Origin: an uncultured virus (IMG/VR IMGVR_UViG_3300027227_000002)
Lineage: Duplodnaviria > Heunggongvirae > Uroviricota > Caudoviricetes > Crassvirales
DNA: 64,000 nucleotides
Virus record (IMG/VR): IMGVR_UViG_3300027227_000002
Direction: 5' to 3' (one strand)
Positions 46,101 to 56,936 of the stretch are shown one piece after another. The notes beneath the pieces are model-generated. The model saw only the letters and a program-made list of their open reading frames with translations, did not search any database and was not told the origin of the DNA. Every line of letters starts with the position of its first letter. Positions within the stretch are counted from its first letter, which is position 1. The translations under genes were made by a program, and so were the position numbers.

Positions 46101-49100
46101 GATACGCAGGTCATGTCAAGTTCATATTGCGTGGGCCCACCCACTATAATGGTAACGTATGCCTGAGTGGGATACTCTGCTGCCTTTGGCACGACAAGGC
46201 TTCCCGAAGACGTCACAAAGCCACTTGAGTATACGACGCCATTGTACATCACTTGAAAGACCATGGGGTCAGCGATAAGCCCGACAGTCCATATTAATGA
46301 GAAGGTTCCCGTTGCGGTGCCAAGCTCGAGCGTGAACTCGCGAGTGTCTGAAGTGTCTGCATCAATGTGGCTTCCGCATGGAATGACAATCTCAGGCATC
46401 TCTACTAGTGCATCCTTTATCGACAAGACGTATTCGTCCATGTATGGGTCATACCCCCCGAGCTTCTGCCCATCAAATGATTCAACAAACTTATCTCGGA
46501 ACCAAGAGCGAAGACCATAGCTTGAGACAACCTCCAGCTGTTCGCCTCCGGCAGACCCTCCAGTAAGTTTGATTACAGCCCCCCGCTTGGCGTCAGTGAA
46601 GAATCGATCAAAGCCATGGGCAACAAAGCTCTCTGGGTTCATGCTAATTCCATACTCCTCAACTCGAGCAATTTGCTTGCCGAGAACTTCGGGCACGGAA
46701 GTAATGGCGCCTCCACCAGCAGCATCAGACAACAGGTTTTTTCCAGCAAGTACATATGAAATCTTGTCCTCCTGAAGGACAAGGATGTCGGTCTCTCTTG
46801 CGTGCATCTTTTGAATGGATCCAAATACGATCTCCATGTCGGCAAAGTTTGCGAGGGCAAGGTTGAACTCATTTAACTTGTTGATGTTTGTAGACCTATT
46901 GTATACACCGCTATAGGTTATGCTTGCCTCATTGCGCGTCTGGCGATACGCCTCTTCGGAGATGCCATTAAATCTATTGCCAAGGGTAAGATAGTTCCCA
47001 GTGATAGAGTCCATTATTTTGTATCCCTCCGAGCCGTTTCCAAACGTATAGCAGTTAAAGAAGTCTAGATTAATAATGGCCGGATTGACGGCTGATTGAT
47101 TTAATACATTTCCATAATGATATCGGTTAACGATGGCATAGCTGTCAGCGCTTTCAAAAAACAAATTTTCGACAGCGTCGGCGGGAATAGTTTCAAAAAC
47201 AAGATACTCAGTAGACCCTCCAGTAATAGAAAAATTATCTGGAGACATCTTAGCATATAATCCGGCTGGCGCTCCAGAAATAAAGCTTGCGGGTTGCGAC
47301 TGAATGTCAAGGGCCTCAACCTCAACCACGTTATTCATCGGACCAAACGAGTCCGTCTTTACGATCAGGGTATCGCCAACAGAAAACTTTGTTTGGTTCT
47401 GGCCTTCGAGCTTGAACCAGTACCCAAGATCCACAGAGTTGTAAATGTCCGTGGCTTTTACGTAAACAGTGTTATACCCAGCAATAGATGGCTTCATTAC
47501 AAACTTATAACGAGAGGCCCAAGGGGGCGCCAAGCTATTAAATCTAACTTGAGCAAAATTTCTTGACTCTGAAACGCTTATGGGGAAAAACACCGTATTG
47601 TTCTCAGACGTTAAGACCGTTGTGTTGCGACCGTATTTATCCATATACACAACCCCAATCTCATAGTCGGCATTGCTGTGAAGACTGCGATTGTAGTTCC
47701 TTTTAATGTATCCAACAGAAACATTATCGACCTGAAAATAAAAATACAAGAACTCAAGGGGATCATCACTTCGCTGGTACGCCATTGCGGGCACCTGAAT
47801 GTTAATGATGTTACTTCCCGGGGACGAGAACGTGCCAAAGGGCGAAGGGATTGCGGTGATGCCGTATCCGTATTTAGCCCAAGAAGCGTCTGGAGCGATG
47901 GTCGGATCCGCCGGGGTATTAGCAGAACATGCGAAGTTATCAGTAAGCGTTATGCCCTCACACGCCGTGGCAATTGGCTGAATGTTCCCTGTAGTGCCAA
48001 TGGCATCTTGAAACACCGAACTATTAAAAAGGTCATATGCCGTGGCATAGCTGGCGTCAAGAACAAATGTTACAGAAGCCGGAAACTTACTTATCTGCTG
48101 CCCTCCGTATGGAGATGTAGACTGATTAATATAATACTTTAGCTCTAGGTCTATAGTGACAACATCCCCCTGCTGTAGTGTAACAGCACCAAAGTCTAAA
48201 TTAATTGCAGAATCTACGTATGGCAAAACCGGCGCTCCTATGCCGGATATGTTATAGCTTGCTGTGCCGTTGACAATTTCAACCTCTAATTGCTCTAGGT
48301 ATGCGCTTTCGCTGATTGGAATTGCCGTGTAATCAATAAGAATGGGGTCTCCATTTGTCTCAGTGACATCATAACCCTCAACATAGTTTCCGTAAAAGAT
48401 GCGGTTACCCATCTCCGTTTGAGCCTTGGCCTTTAGTGGCACGTTATCAAACAAACGAAGCAGCTCGCTCTGCGGTAGCGTTGAGTAAATCTTACTGTTG
48501 GAAAACTCAATCGTCTGCGTGGTGTTGTCTGCCCACCCCTGTTCCTCCTTGGAGAACTTCTGAATGACGTTGATGACGTTTGAATTTATTTGCTTAAAGC
48601 AAAGATCAATTCCGACAACTTCATCTCCGCCCGTGTAGAACGACACATCCACACCGTTGAATAGGTTCGTCATGCCATCGTTAGCAAACGACTGTTCATT
48701 GACATTGAACGGAGATGGGCAAAATGCAGCAGAAGAGAACTGAGATAGTGCGCTATACTGCCCGTCTAAGTATTTATATCGGTACGCAAAACAAATAAAG
48801 CGAGTATCTAAGTAATTCTCCCGTCCGGCTACAATCTTAAACTGAATGTCTGGAGATTGGATTGGGGGAGTTAGGATAACGCTAATGTCAACCTCAGTAA
48901 TCTGATCGACCCCAGCAATGGGTGCTGGATACTTGCGAGTGATATTAATCTTTCGCGGAGGGTTGAGGTTGTCCGTCCAGAACAACATGTCATCAATCAA
49001 ATTAACTCCAGTAATTAAATACTCTGGGTTGAAATTAAGTACAGATGTAGACACCACATGATAAGAAAGGGCATTGATGTTTGTGTTATATGACACAACC

Positions 49101-49384
49101 ATATCTACGCCTGCTACTTGGTCATGAACAAACCAGTACATGGTCTCACGAGTCCCGTCTTCATATGCCCCAATACAGACAGCTGTCGCAGACAGTGGGG
49201 ATCCATTATACTCGACCGTTGTGAGCTGTGTATTACCCTTGCTATTTTCGATAGCACCAATGGTGGAGTTTTCCGTAGAGCCAAGTCGAATGTTTAAGGC
49301 GTCGCGGTATTCACCCATGGGCAAGATGCGCTCATCGACGCTCTTGTTCATGCGACCCTTAATGAAGTTTGTTTGGATATCCAT
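46097..49384 (-). CDS. Tail stabilisation or nozzle (tubular B-like) protein
   Basis: GRMNKSVDER..P.GEYRDALN, LFWTD.LN.PRKIN, FAYRYKY.D..YS, GNR..YGNY and YGIS.NPESF. Start moved to MDIQTNF. Confidence 0.75.
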   Translation of the reverse strand: MDIQTNFIKGRMNKSVDERILPMGEYRDALNIRLGSTENSTIGAIENSKGNTQLTTVEYNGSPLSATAVCIGAYEDGTRETMYWFVHDQVAGVDMVVSYNTNINALSYHVVSTSVLNFNPEYLITGVNLIDDMLFWTDNLNPPRKINITRKYPAPIAGVDQITEVDISVILTPPIQSPDIQFKIVAGRENYLDTRFICFAYRYKYLDGQYSALSQFSSAAFCPSPFNVNEQSFANDGMTNLFNGVDVSFYTGGDEVVGIDLCFKQINSNVINVIQKFSKEEQGWADNTTQTIEFSNSKIYSTLPQSELLRLFDNVPLKAKAQTEMGNRIFYGNYVEGYDVTETNGDPILIDYTAIPISESAYLEQLEVEIVNGTASYNISGIGAPVLPYVDSAINLDFGAVTLQQGDVVTIDLELKYYINQSTSPYGGQQISKFPASVTFVLDASYATAYDLFNSSVFQDAIGTTGNIQPIATACEGITLTDNFACSANTPADPTIAPDASWAKYGYGITAIPSPFGTFSSPGSNIINIQVPAMAYQRSDDPLEFLYFYFQVDNVSVGYIKRNYNRSLHSNADYEIGVVYMDKYGRNTTVLTSENNTVFFPISVSESRNFAQVRFNSLAPPWASRYKFVMKPSIAGYNTVYVKATDIYNSVDLGYWFKLEGQNQTKFSVGDTLIVKTDSFGPMNNVVEVEALDIQSQPASFISGAPAGLYAKMSPDNFSITGGSTEYLVFETIPADAVENLFFESADSYAIVNRYHYGNVLNQSAVNPAIINLDFFNCYTFGNGSEGYKIMDSITGNYLTLGNRFNGISEEAYRQTRNEASITYSGVYNRSTNINKLNEFNLALANFADMEIVFGSIQKMHARETDILVLQEDKISYVLAGKNLLSDAAGGGAITSVPEVLGKQIARVEEYGISMNPESFVAHGFDRFFTDAKRGAVIKLTGGSAGGEQLEVVSSYGLRSWFRDKFVESFDGQKLGGYDPYMDEYVLSIKDALVEMPEIVIPCGSHIDADTSDTREFTLELGTATGTFSLIWTVGLIADPMVFQVMYNGVVYSSGFVTSSGSLVVPKAAEYPTQAYVTIIVGGPTQYELDMTCVS

Positions 49385-49385
49385 A

Positions 49386-50312
49386 TTACTTAAGCCACTT
49401 ATCTTGACCACGTAAGCTCATCAATAGGCGTCCGGGGTGGATGTTGCTCATTCTAATTTTAGCATTGCGCAGTAGCGCTGTCTTCTCTTTTCGTGAGCGA
49501 TTCACGATATACTCCTGAACCCCCAATTTAGCAGACAGGATGGCATAACGAATATATGCGTATACATAATCCTCAAACATCTTGTTGACGCTGATGGCGC
49601 TTATGTCTCCACTCTCCATGCCGTCGGACACATACTCTAACAGGCACAATTGATTGTCCATGCCAGAGCTAAAATTAATTACGCCAGCTTTCTTGTCAAT
49701 GCGGAACGTAGGGTTAGCATTTGCGGTCTCAGTATTAAGGCCGTAGCGCGCTCCAATTCCATACTCGAAGTACCAGCTTCCTTCAAAGTTCCATCCGGCC
49801 TGTCCGTCAAACATAGGATTGTTCTCGTTGAGGTAGATGCTCTTCTGTTGTCCGGTGATTCGTGCCCAATCAAGATTAGAGAATTGAGGCTGCAAAATAT
49901 TCCCCGTCTCGTCAAATAAAATACGTCCGCTTTGATCCTGAAGATATGCCGCTGCGCTATTGAGCTGAATGTTCTCAGTCAGCGGAAAGATGACGCCATC
50001 TTTGTACATTGAAATGCGCACCCAGTTGACATAGTCAGAGGGTAAAACAAAACGAAGCTGGCTATCAACACTTAACTCAAGGGCTTTGACCTCCTTGAAC
50101 GCGTCGTAGTTGAGCTCCTGAATTGCGCGCTTGGCATGAAACAACACTTGGTATCGGTTGATGTTATTAACCAATTCATTATTCCCCGCATAGATCAACA
50201 TGAAGTTGTTGACGATGTCAGAAAGGCTAGTGTACTGGTATGAACCCCAGTTTGCATCTTCTGGAGATGCGCCTGAGTTTGCATAGTACTGATACTGAGT
50301 TAGATATGCCAT
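49386..50312 (-). CDS. Tail ring or adaptor (tubular A-like) protein
   Basis: 308 aa with LPSDYVNWVR, positioned between capsid and nozzle genes. Confidence 0.65.
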   Translation of the reverse strand: MAYLTQYQYYANSGASPEDANWGSYQYTSLSDIVNNFMLIYAGNNELVNNINRYQVLFHAKRAIQELNYDAFKEVKALELSVDSQLRFVLPSDYVNWVRISMYKDGVIFPLTENIQLNSAAAYLQDQSGRILFDETGNILQPQFSNLDWARITGQQKSIYLNENNPMFDGQAGWNFEGSWYFEYGIGARYGLNTETANANPTFRIDKKAGVINFSSGMDNQLCLLEYVSDGMESGDISAISVNKMFEDYVYAYIRYAILSAKLGVQEYIVNRSRKEKTALLRNAKIRMSNIHPGRLLMSLRGQDKWLK

Positions 50313-50315
50313 GTC

Positions 50316-51059
50316 TTATTTTTCTGCTATATTTTCTTGCTGCTCCTCTGTGTTGCCAAAGTTGACAACATCTGCTTCGCGAATTGACAGCCCAGCATAC
50401 TGAAGGATTTTAACTACCAGTGACGGCTCGTCCGAAAGAGGGAGCTCAAAGTCTTGATAGTCTACCGCAGTCTGGTTGAAGATAGGCTCTCCATTTGCCA
50501 AGGTTTGGAATGTCCACTTGGGATCCTTAGGGTAGCGAATGTAAAACGCGCTAACGTCTGAGGTCCCGGTAATAGTTGTTGGGTAAACATCTACAGAAGA
50601 TGCTGATGTTGCGCCAAGGATTATTGCTGATGCGCTAACGGCTCGGTACACGTACAATGGGAACGCCGTCGTTGGAGCCATCAGTGTCGATGCCGTTAGG
50701 TTGCGAATCTTACTCTCTTCAATGCGCTCAATCTCAACTCCAGTGGGGTTGTATTGCAATACGTTTAAGTAATAGCAGTCACTTGGCACAAAGTAGCTGT
50801 TGTCAGATAAGTTTGAAAGCTCAGCGGATGTTGAGAATGAGGAAACAACTTCCTCAAGTTGTTTGGTAACGTCAGCAAGGCCAGTGCCTGACATGCGGGC
50901 ATTCTCCTTGTTAATCTGATTATTAATCTTATAAAAGTAATCTTCAAAAATGTCAAGCTGCGCCTGTTTCGCAAACAGATTGAAATCTGCTGGCGAGATA
51001 TATCCGTAATTGTTTTTATTTATTACTGATAGTACAGTATTCCTTACTGAGTTTATCAT
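50316..51059 (-). CDS. Tail ring or head-tail connector protein
   Basis: 247 aa with NK...GYI.P..FN..A..AQ, YIRYP..P.W and FELP. TATCTTTG box at 51075-51082. Confidence 0.65.
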   Translation of the reverse strand: MINSVRNTVLSVINKNNYGYISPADFNLFAKQAQLDIFEDYFYKINNQINKENARMSGTGLADVTKQLEEVVSSFSTSAELSNLSDNSYFVPSDCYYLNVLQYNPTGVEIERIEESKIRNLTASTLMAPTTAFPLYVYRAVSASAIILGATSASSVDVYPTTITGTSDVSAFYIRYPKDPKWTFQTLANGEPIFNQTAVDYQDFELPLSDEPSLVVKILQYAGLSIREADVVNFGNTEEQQENIAEK

Positions 51060-51085
51060 CTCAAATCGTTTTCACAAAGATACTT

Positions 51086-51118
51086 AAAAAAAAGAGGCCG
51101 CTAAATTGCGGCCCCTCT
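51086..51118 (-). terminator. Intrinsic terminator
   Basis: GGCCGC/GCGGCC hairpin with T8 on the minus strand. Confidence 0.65.
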
Positions 51119-51139
51119 CTGTGTATAGCAAGTCCTGCG

Positions 51140-51877
51140 TTACAGGTTGTTTTCCAAAAGCTTCAGAGTCTCAATGCCTTCGTCGCTCTGGAGGTATGAC
51201 GACACAATGTAATTCATTGACTCGCCGAATGGAACCGTAAGCATCTTGCTCTTGTTGTTTGGCAAGTTGAAGTACACGTCCCGGTTGTTGTTTCGGGTGC
51301 GAAGGATGCCAGCATTAAAGAACTTAGCAACCTTACTCTGCAAGTCAAGCGTTGGGTCGCTGAGCATCTCCAAGAAAGCGATAGGGCTCCGCTTGGCGTA
51401 TACCAATACATCACGTTTAAGTTCAGCTGTAGTCATTGTATCGACCTTGCCTCCAAGCATGATGCGGCAGATGTTTTCAAGCATCTCAACATCTAGTGAT
51501 CGAGCCGCAATAAGTGCATCTACCTCAGCGTCAAGGCGTTCCACTTCCTCCATGGCGTCACGCTCTGAGTTTACTTCCTCAAAGATGCTGCCATATCCGG
51601 GGTGGAGAGACAAGAAATACTGTAGTACTGGGTTAGTTTTAGGAACAAACAAGAAGCCATCCTCAAATACGATAGGCTCCAAGATTGCGTTGCCGTCCTG
51701 CTCGTCTTCAAATGGACTGCGCTGGTTGCGGGCGTAACGAAGTGCGCGGTTTGTTTGTCCATCAAAGTACAAAAGGGGTTTACGGCGAGAATTGCGTGAC
51801 GCAAGCATAAAGGATAGCGGTGCGTTCTTGCGGCGAAGGATATAAGACTTATCCTCGGGGGTGAGCGTTTTTTCCAT
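51140..51877 (-). CDS. Conserved protein downstream of the major capsid gene
   Basis: 245 aa with R.LRYA.NQ.SPF.DEQ...I.FEDG.L.V. Confidence 0.7.
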   Translation of the reverse strand: MEKTLTPEDKSYILRRKNAPLSFMLASRNSRRKPLLYFDGQTNRALRYARNQRSPFEDEQDGNAILEPIVFEDGFLFVPKTNPVLQYFLSLHPGYGSIFEEVNSERDAMEEVERLDAEVDALIAARSLDVEMLENICRIMLGGKVDTMTTAELKRDVLVYAKRSPIAFLEMLSDPTLDLQSKVAKFFNAGILRTRNNNRDVYFNLPNNKSKMLTVPFGESMNYIVSSYLQSDEGIETLKLLENNL

Positions 51878-51898
51878 GATTCAGATATGATTAAAATT

Positions 51899-51930
51899 AA
51901 AAAAGGGGAGAGGGTTTTACGCCCCTCCCC
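51899..51930 (-). terminator. Intrinsic terminator after the major capsid gene
   Basis: GGGGAG/CTCCCC hairpin with a T run on the minus strand. Confidence 0.7.
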
Positions 51931-51939
51931 AGATTTTGA

Positions 51940-53352
51940 TTAGTCTTCAAAGATGAAGAAGTTGTTAGCACCCAAGGTACAAACTGCGCGCTCAGAAAGG
52001 AAGTGAACCTCCATTGCATCCAAGCTAGAGGTGGAAGCACCACCAGCAGAACCAGTAACCCAAGTCTTATAACGACGATCTTCAGTCTCAGAAGCACGAT
52101 AGCGAACGTGCAAGAAAGGACGCTTAGCGTTCTTACCGAGGATCTGGTCATAAACCGTAGTAGAACCAGCGGGAACCAACATACCGTTGATCTTGCCTGC
52201 ATTCAAACCGCCACGCATGGTGGGATCGTTCAAGTATTTCCAATCGGTCTTGTAGAAGTCATAACCACGAGTAAAGCCAGTGAAGCCGAGGTTCAATGCC
52301 ATGTCCTTGTCGTTATCGAACAAACCGTAAGAAGTACCGCCAACACCGTAGGAGTTTTGAGCAGCCAACATATCGTCGATATCGAAACCGAACTGACGAT
52401 CCAAGAAGATTACGTTCTCCTGAATAGAACCCTGCTTGTCTAAGCGCTCGATGATAGAATCGAATTCGCCAAGAGTAGATGGGTTACCACCAGACCATAC
52501 GTTACCGCGTTGGTTAACAACGTAGAATACACCTTCAGAACCTTTGTAGGTAACGCCAGCGCCAGCAGCGGCACCAGAGCCAGCCTCAGCAGGAACTGCC
52601 TCGATCATAGCCGTCTCCATGTAGTCTTCAAAGCGCAAGCGAGTCTCGTGCTCAGACTTCAAGTACCACAAGTAACCAGTAGCACCGTTCTCAGTGGTGA
52701 CCTCAACCCAGCCAATCTGAGCCATGTCGGAACCAGAGACAGCGTACTTGTCCTTGATGATGATGGGGCTGTTCTCGAAGATAACGTCGTCAGCCTCCAA
52801 AGAGCCTTCCATTCCGTCAGTTCCCTTCTTGAATTCAGAACCATAGATGAACAAGCTACAAGCAGCAGCAGCAGCAAACGTCTGACCGCCAGCCTCATAA
52901 TAGGCAACGTCAATCGTAGAAGCAGCCGTGTCAACAGCAGTTACAATAGCCTTGTTGTACAAGGTGGCTGCACCTACGTTGGCAGACACCATGATGGTTT
53001 GTCCAACGCGGATAGCGATAGCTCCACTTCCGGGAACAAGCGTATCGTTGATGGTCAATGTAGCGGTGTCAGAGGCAGCGGCGGCAGCGGAAGTAACATT
53101 GGTGTACTTCGTGTGCAAGCGACCCTGCTCGGCCCACTTAATAAGGTCGGAGTTAGAGGGCATCTCTGCTCCAACCATGCGCAAGAAAGATGCTACGGTG
53201 CGGTTACCGTAACGCTCGAACTCCTTCTCGTATGTATCGGGAAGATACTGATTCAAGAAATCGAAGTTCGTGATGTAGTTGGTAGACAATGCTACCTGTT
53301 CAGCACTGGGTTGTAAATCAAACCCGGGTACTGCTTGGACTGTTCCAGCCAT
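51940..53352 (-). CDS. Major capsid protein
   Basis: 470 aa with strongly biased codons, following portal and scaffold and followed by a terminator. YLPD.YEKE.ERYGNR...W.EQGRLH motif. Confidence 0.85.
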   Translation of the reverse strand: MAGTVQAVPGFDLQPSAEQVALSTNYITNFDFLNQYLPDTYEKEFERYGNRTVASFLRMVGAEMPSNSDLIKWAEQGRLHTKYTNVTSAAAAASDTATLTINDTLVPGSGAIAIRVGQTIMVSANVGAATLYNKAIVTAVDTAASTIDVAYYEAGGQTFAAAAACSLFIYGSEFKKGTDGMEGSLEADDVIFENSPIIIKDKYAVSGSDMAQIGWVEVTTENGATGYLWYLKSEHETRLRFEDYMETAMIEAVPAEAGSGAAAGAGVTYKGSEGVFYVVNQRGNVWSGGNPSTLGEFDSIIERLDKQGSIQENVIFLDRQFGFDIDDMLAAQNSYGVGGTSYGLFDNDKDMALNLGFTGFTRGYDFYKTDWKYLNDPTMRGGLNAGKINGMLVPAGSTTVYDQILGKNAKRPFLHVRYRASETEDRRYKTWVTGSAGGASTSSLDAMEVHFLSERAVCTLGANNFFIFED

Positions 53353-53370
53353 TTTTTCTTTGTTTTTTTG

Positions 53371-54456
53371 TTATTTTTTAGAACGAATTTTGAGTCCTCG
53401 ACCACTGTCGTTACTCATTGATTTTACGTTGAAGCCACCCTTGTTCAATGATTGAGGCGATTGTCGGACATCCATATTGATGTTTTTAGACTTTCGCGTT
53501 ACGTCATCAACCGCAGCAGACATGCCTTGCTCATAAAAGAACTTAGCAAATCGTTCTGGATTCATCGCGACGGCCAGTGCCTTGTGGTACCCCTTGGCGT
53601 CATTGATTAAGCCATCCTCATTCATGTACTTTTTAACGAAGTTCGTGATGTCGGACTGAGCCTTCTTCATTTCCGCAGCCTCAGCAGGAGAGTAAACTAC
53701 TGTTCTATCGTTGACAGAGAATTCAAAACCTTTGAACTCGTCACCGAAGACCTCGTTCGTCTTCTGCTCAAACCATTCGTACCGTCTCCGGTTCTCCTCT
53801 TGGGCGCTTTGAGCCTGTGCCATATATTCCCTGTAGGCCTTAGAAGCTTCAGCATCTTCTTTAGAAATGACACTCCCACTTGACTCAAGGGGCGCGCGGT
53901 ATTTCTCCTTCTGATCCTCAAAGAACTTCTTTGCCTTTGCAAGCTCTTTCTTCTTAGCTAGTTTCTTACGCTTGATATCTGACTCATCATCGAGCTCTTC
54001 GTCATATGAGAAACGCTCTGAAAGCATAAACTCAATGTCCTCGTTATCGAGGTCAGATTCAGTACTAGCGTAGTACTGGGCTATAAGTTGATCCGGGCTT
54101 AACTCATCAAGGTCTTCATTTAACTTCATAAAGTCTTTAATGCCTCGTCCCGTTTCCTTTTTATAATTCAAATAAGCGGCGACATCTTCAGGTAAGTCAA
54201 CGGATTGTTCGCGCTCAGCGAACAATTGGTCTACTGAATCAATCTGCTTATTGTAGCGATTCTTAATAAATGAAAGAACGTCTTCCTCACTAAGTGAGGG
54301 GATTGTTTCTTTCTCCTTTGATACCACCGCTTCTGGGGTGTCATTAGAGACTTGACCTTGATTTAATGACTCTTCGTGTTTAGCCAAGAGTTCATTTTCA
54401 ATTTGCTGAACTGACTTAGATTCAACCTCGCCAAGTTCTTTTACCTTGATTTCCAT
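53371..54456 (-). CDS. Putative scaffolding protein
   Basis: 361 aa, acidic and helical, between portal and capsid. TAACTTTG box at 54475-54482. Confidence 0.65.
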   Translation of the reverse strand: MEIKVKELGEVESKSVQQIENELLAKHEESLNQGQVSNDTPEAVVSKEKETIPSLSEEDVLSFIKNRYNKQIDSVDQLFAEREQSVDLPEDVAAYLNYKKETGRGIKDFMKLNEDLDELSPDQLIAQYYASTESDLDNEDIEFMLSERFSYDEELDDESDIKRKKLAKKKELAKAKKFFEDQKEKYRAPLESSGSVISKEDAEASKAYREYMAQAQSAQEENRRRYEWFEQKTNEVFGDEFKGFEFSVNDRTVVYSPAEAAEMKKAQSDITNFVKKYMNEDGLINDAKGYHKALAVAMNPERFAKFFYEQGMSAAVDDVTRKSKNINMDVRQSPQSLNKGGFNVKSMSNDSGRGLKIRSKK

Positions 54457-54500
54457 AGATTTAATTTAATTAGACAAAGTTATAGTAAAAAATATATTGA

Positions 54501-56936
54501 TTATCGAGGATTGAACTCCGCGAAATCAAAGCCATCCAGAGAGTCTTCATTAGACTCAAAGTCGACGGGGGGTAAATTGTTTTTGCGCTGTTCAATAAGT
54601 TTAGATTGCTCACTATTCTGTTGACTAATGCGTTTTGACTTCGCCGTTTCGCGCTCATCTTCTCGCTGCTTTAAGGACGACACCTCAACTCCTTTAAGCT
54701 GCATCTGGTAGCCAAACTCCTCAGCCATAAGTGACTTCTTAAATTCTGCCTCATTGCGCATCTTCTCAATTTCAAATGCAATCTCCGCCTGCTTGACCTG
54801 CATCTTGCTCTGCGTCTCTGCCTGAATCTGCTGCATGGCAGCCTGTGCCGCAATCTGTTGTGACTGTTGTTGCATCTGAGCTTGAGCCTGCTGCTGCTGC
54901 ATAGCGGACAACTGGTCCTGCTCATACTTCTGCTTGCGCTTAACCTTCAGAAGTTGGTTTGCCATCTTGAGGTTTTTAACCTCACGAATATCAATGGCAT
55001 CCTCTAGGTTTATGTCACCCTTAGATAATGCCATCTGAATGTTTGCTTCAAGCTGAGCCTTCTGCTCCTCGTCTGGAGAGACCTCAATAAAGATTCCAAA
55101 ATCGTACAGGTATAGATCCTTAATCTCCTCAAGGATAGATACGTTATATTTTCCAATCTGCATGATGAACTCTTCCTTCTGGTCTGAGTATTCAAGAATG
55201 TCAGACACGCGCATAGCGAGAGCCTCTGCCAGAGTGCGAGTCAGGTACAGACTGCTCTCCAAGATGTGACGAGTTGCTGTGTTTGAGTTCAGGGCGGCAA
55301 GCTTCTGCACGCCAACCAATGCGTTGGGGTCCGGAGTAGAGCCATCGCGAGCCTCATTAAGGCCGGTGACCGAACGGATCATGTCCACGTAGTGATTGTA
55401 GTTGCCAATAAGCGCAGCCATTTTTTGCTGCCCAGAGTTCCCAGTCAATTGTTGAATGGGCACGCGGGCATTGTTGAATTCACCGTCCTGAGTATAGGAG
55501 CGTCCAACGACACTACCTGTCTGGAAGTAAAGGCGCAGTGCGTCTTCTGGATTGTATGACGCCCCATTGCCCAAGTCGACTTCGTTTAGTCCATCAGCGT
55601 CAATAAATACGCCATCTGGGACCATACGTGAAATGACCTGTTGCAACTTAAGGTGCGTAATCTGAATCAGGTCAGCAAATGGAATCATTCGACGAACTAA
55701 AGATTCGATGTTACCCTTGTACATGCGAGGAGCTACTGCTACATAGTTTGGCATAGCATGCTGAGATGCGGACTTAGGACGAACCATGTTCTCCATCATC
55801 TGCCACTTAAGCATGATGTTTGTTCCCATCACCATGACGCCCTCGTACCACACATCGATGGTTTTTTCCATCTTTGTGAAGTTACCCTCCTCCATCATCT
55901 CTGCCGGAGGATTGAATGTGTCGTCCTTCTCGATGACACGAGCGTTGCCATCTTCAAGAACTTTCTTTTTATATACGAACTTCTTGGTGGTCTTATAATT
56001 AAAGTACAAGAGAGTAGCCGTATCGCGAGCGAATACATCGTTCTCATAGAACTGCGCCACATTGAAGTAGTCATACCAGCTCTGGCTATACTTTGAAATA
56101 GTATCTAAGTCCTCGTTCGTTAGAGTCTGATCAATCTTTAGCAGCTCCGTAATGGGCAACGTCTTAATCTCTCCCCAATAGAAGCAGTCTTTGAACTGAG
56201 GGTCTTCGGTGTAGCTATACACCACGTTTGCCGGATCGACGTAGCTAATCTTAACGCCATCTCCGGGGAGGAACTCCTGCTTAGACATGCCGACGCCAAG
56301 CACGGTAAGGTCATAGTCAACACGTTTGCGGATGTCCTCATAGTGGTTCTCCTGCAAAATAGTATTGACAGCTTCCTCTTCGGCAATCTCAATGGCTGGC
56401 TTATAGTTTAGTTGCATGTGTAGAGACAACTCTTGGTCGTCCTCTGGCAACTTCATGGGGTCGTTCTGGAATGGGTTAATGCCGAAAGCCTCAGACATTT
56501 TGGTCAAGGCCTCCCGTGCAACCATCTCGTTCTCAATCTCGCGCTGAAACTTGGTGCGCTTATCTAATGATACAGCATCCTGAGCGTGAGCCTTTACCGT
56601 AAACAAACGGTCAGACATTCCGTTTACAACGATGTCTACAAATTTTGGTAGAATTGGAACCGGCGTCCAGTCAAGGTTTAGGTAGCTGAGATCTCCATCA
56701 ATAGCCAACTCGTTTTTATACTTGGCTACAGACTGCTCGCCGCGCGCATATAGCCGCAAACGCATAAAGTCCCGAAGCTGAGCGTAGTAACGAGAGCTAT
56801 TCCCATCCTTGCGAAACCACTCGTACTGAATAGCCTGTCCAATCTGGAGGCCGAATTCGTCAGTAGCTTTCTCCGCATCGGATACAAACTGACTAGGAAA
56901 TCCGTTTGGAGATATATTAATAGTTACCTCTTTCAT
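54501..56936 (-). CDS. Portal protein (segment B)
   Basis: 811 aa downstream of terL with DWTPVPILPKFVDIVVN, HLKLQQ, TGLNEARDGSTP and a Q-rich tail. Confidence 0.85.
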   Translation of the reverse strand: MKEVTINISPNGFPSQFVSDAEKATDEFGLQIGQAIQYEWFRKDGNSSRYYAQLRDFMRLRLYARGEQSVAKYKNELAIDGDLSYLNLDWTPVPILPKFVDIVVNGMSDRLFTVKAHAQDAVSLDKRTKFQREIENEMVAREALTKMSEAFGINPFQNDPMKLPEDDQELSLHMQLNYKPAIEIAEEEAVNTILQENHYEDIRKRVDYDLTVLGVGMSKQEFLPGDGVKISYVDPANVVYSYTEDPQFKDCFYWGEIKTLPITELLKIDQTLTNEDLDTISKYSQSWYDYFNVAQFYENDVFARDTATLLYFNYKTTKKFVYKKKVLEDGNARVIEKDDTFNPPAEMMEEGNFTKMEKTIDVWYEGVMVMGTNIMLKWQMMENMVRPKSASQHAMPNYVAVAPRMYKGNIESLVRRMIPFADLIQITHLKLQQVISRMVPDGVFIDADGLNEVDLGNGASYNPEDALRLYFQTGSVVGRSYTQDGEFNNARVPIQQLTGNSGQQKMAALIGNYNHYVDMIRSVTGLNEARDGSTPDPNALVGVQKLAALNSNTATRHILESSLYLTRTLAEALAMRVSDILEYSDQKEEFIMQIGKYNVSILEEIKDLYLYDFGIFIEVSPDEEQKAQLEANIQMALSKGDINLEDAIDIREVKNLKMANQLLKVKRKQKYEQDQLSAMQQQQAQAQMQQQSQQIAAQAAMQQIQAETQSKMQVKQAEIAFEIEKMRNEAEFKKSLMAEEFGYQMQLKGVEVSSLKQREDERETAKSKRISQQNSEQSKLIEQRKNNLPPVDFESNEDSLDGFDFAEFNPR

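Noticed and set aside
45357..49384. Split tail gene as a frameshift or pseudogene
   Set aside because: The two ORFs are joined by a normal ATGA overlap and both look intact.
52003..53316. Long plus-strand ORFs antisense to the capsid gene (also 1930-2610 and similar shadows)
   Set aside because: These are antisense shadows caused by codon bias, with no motifs or translation signals.
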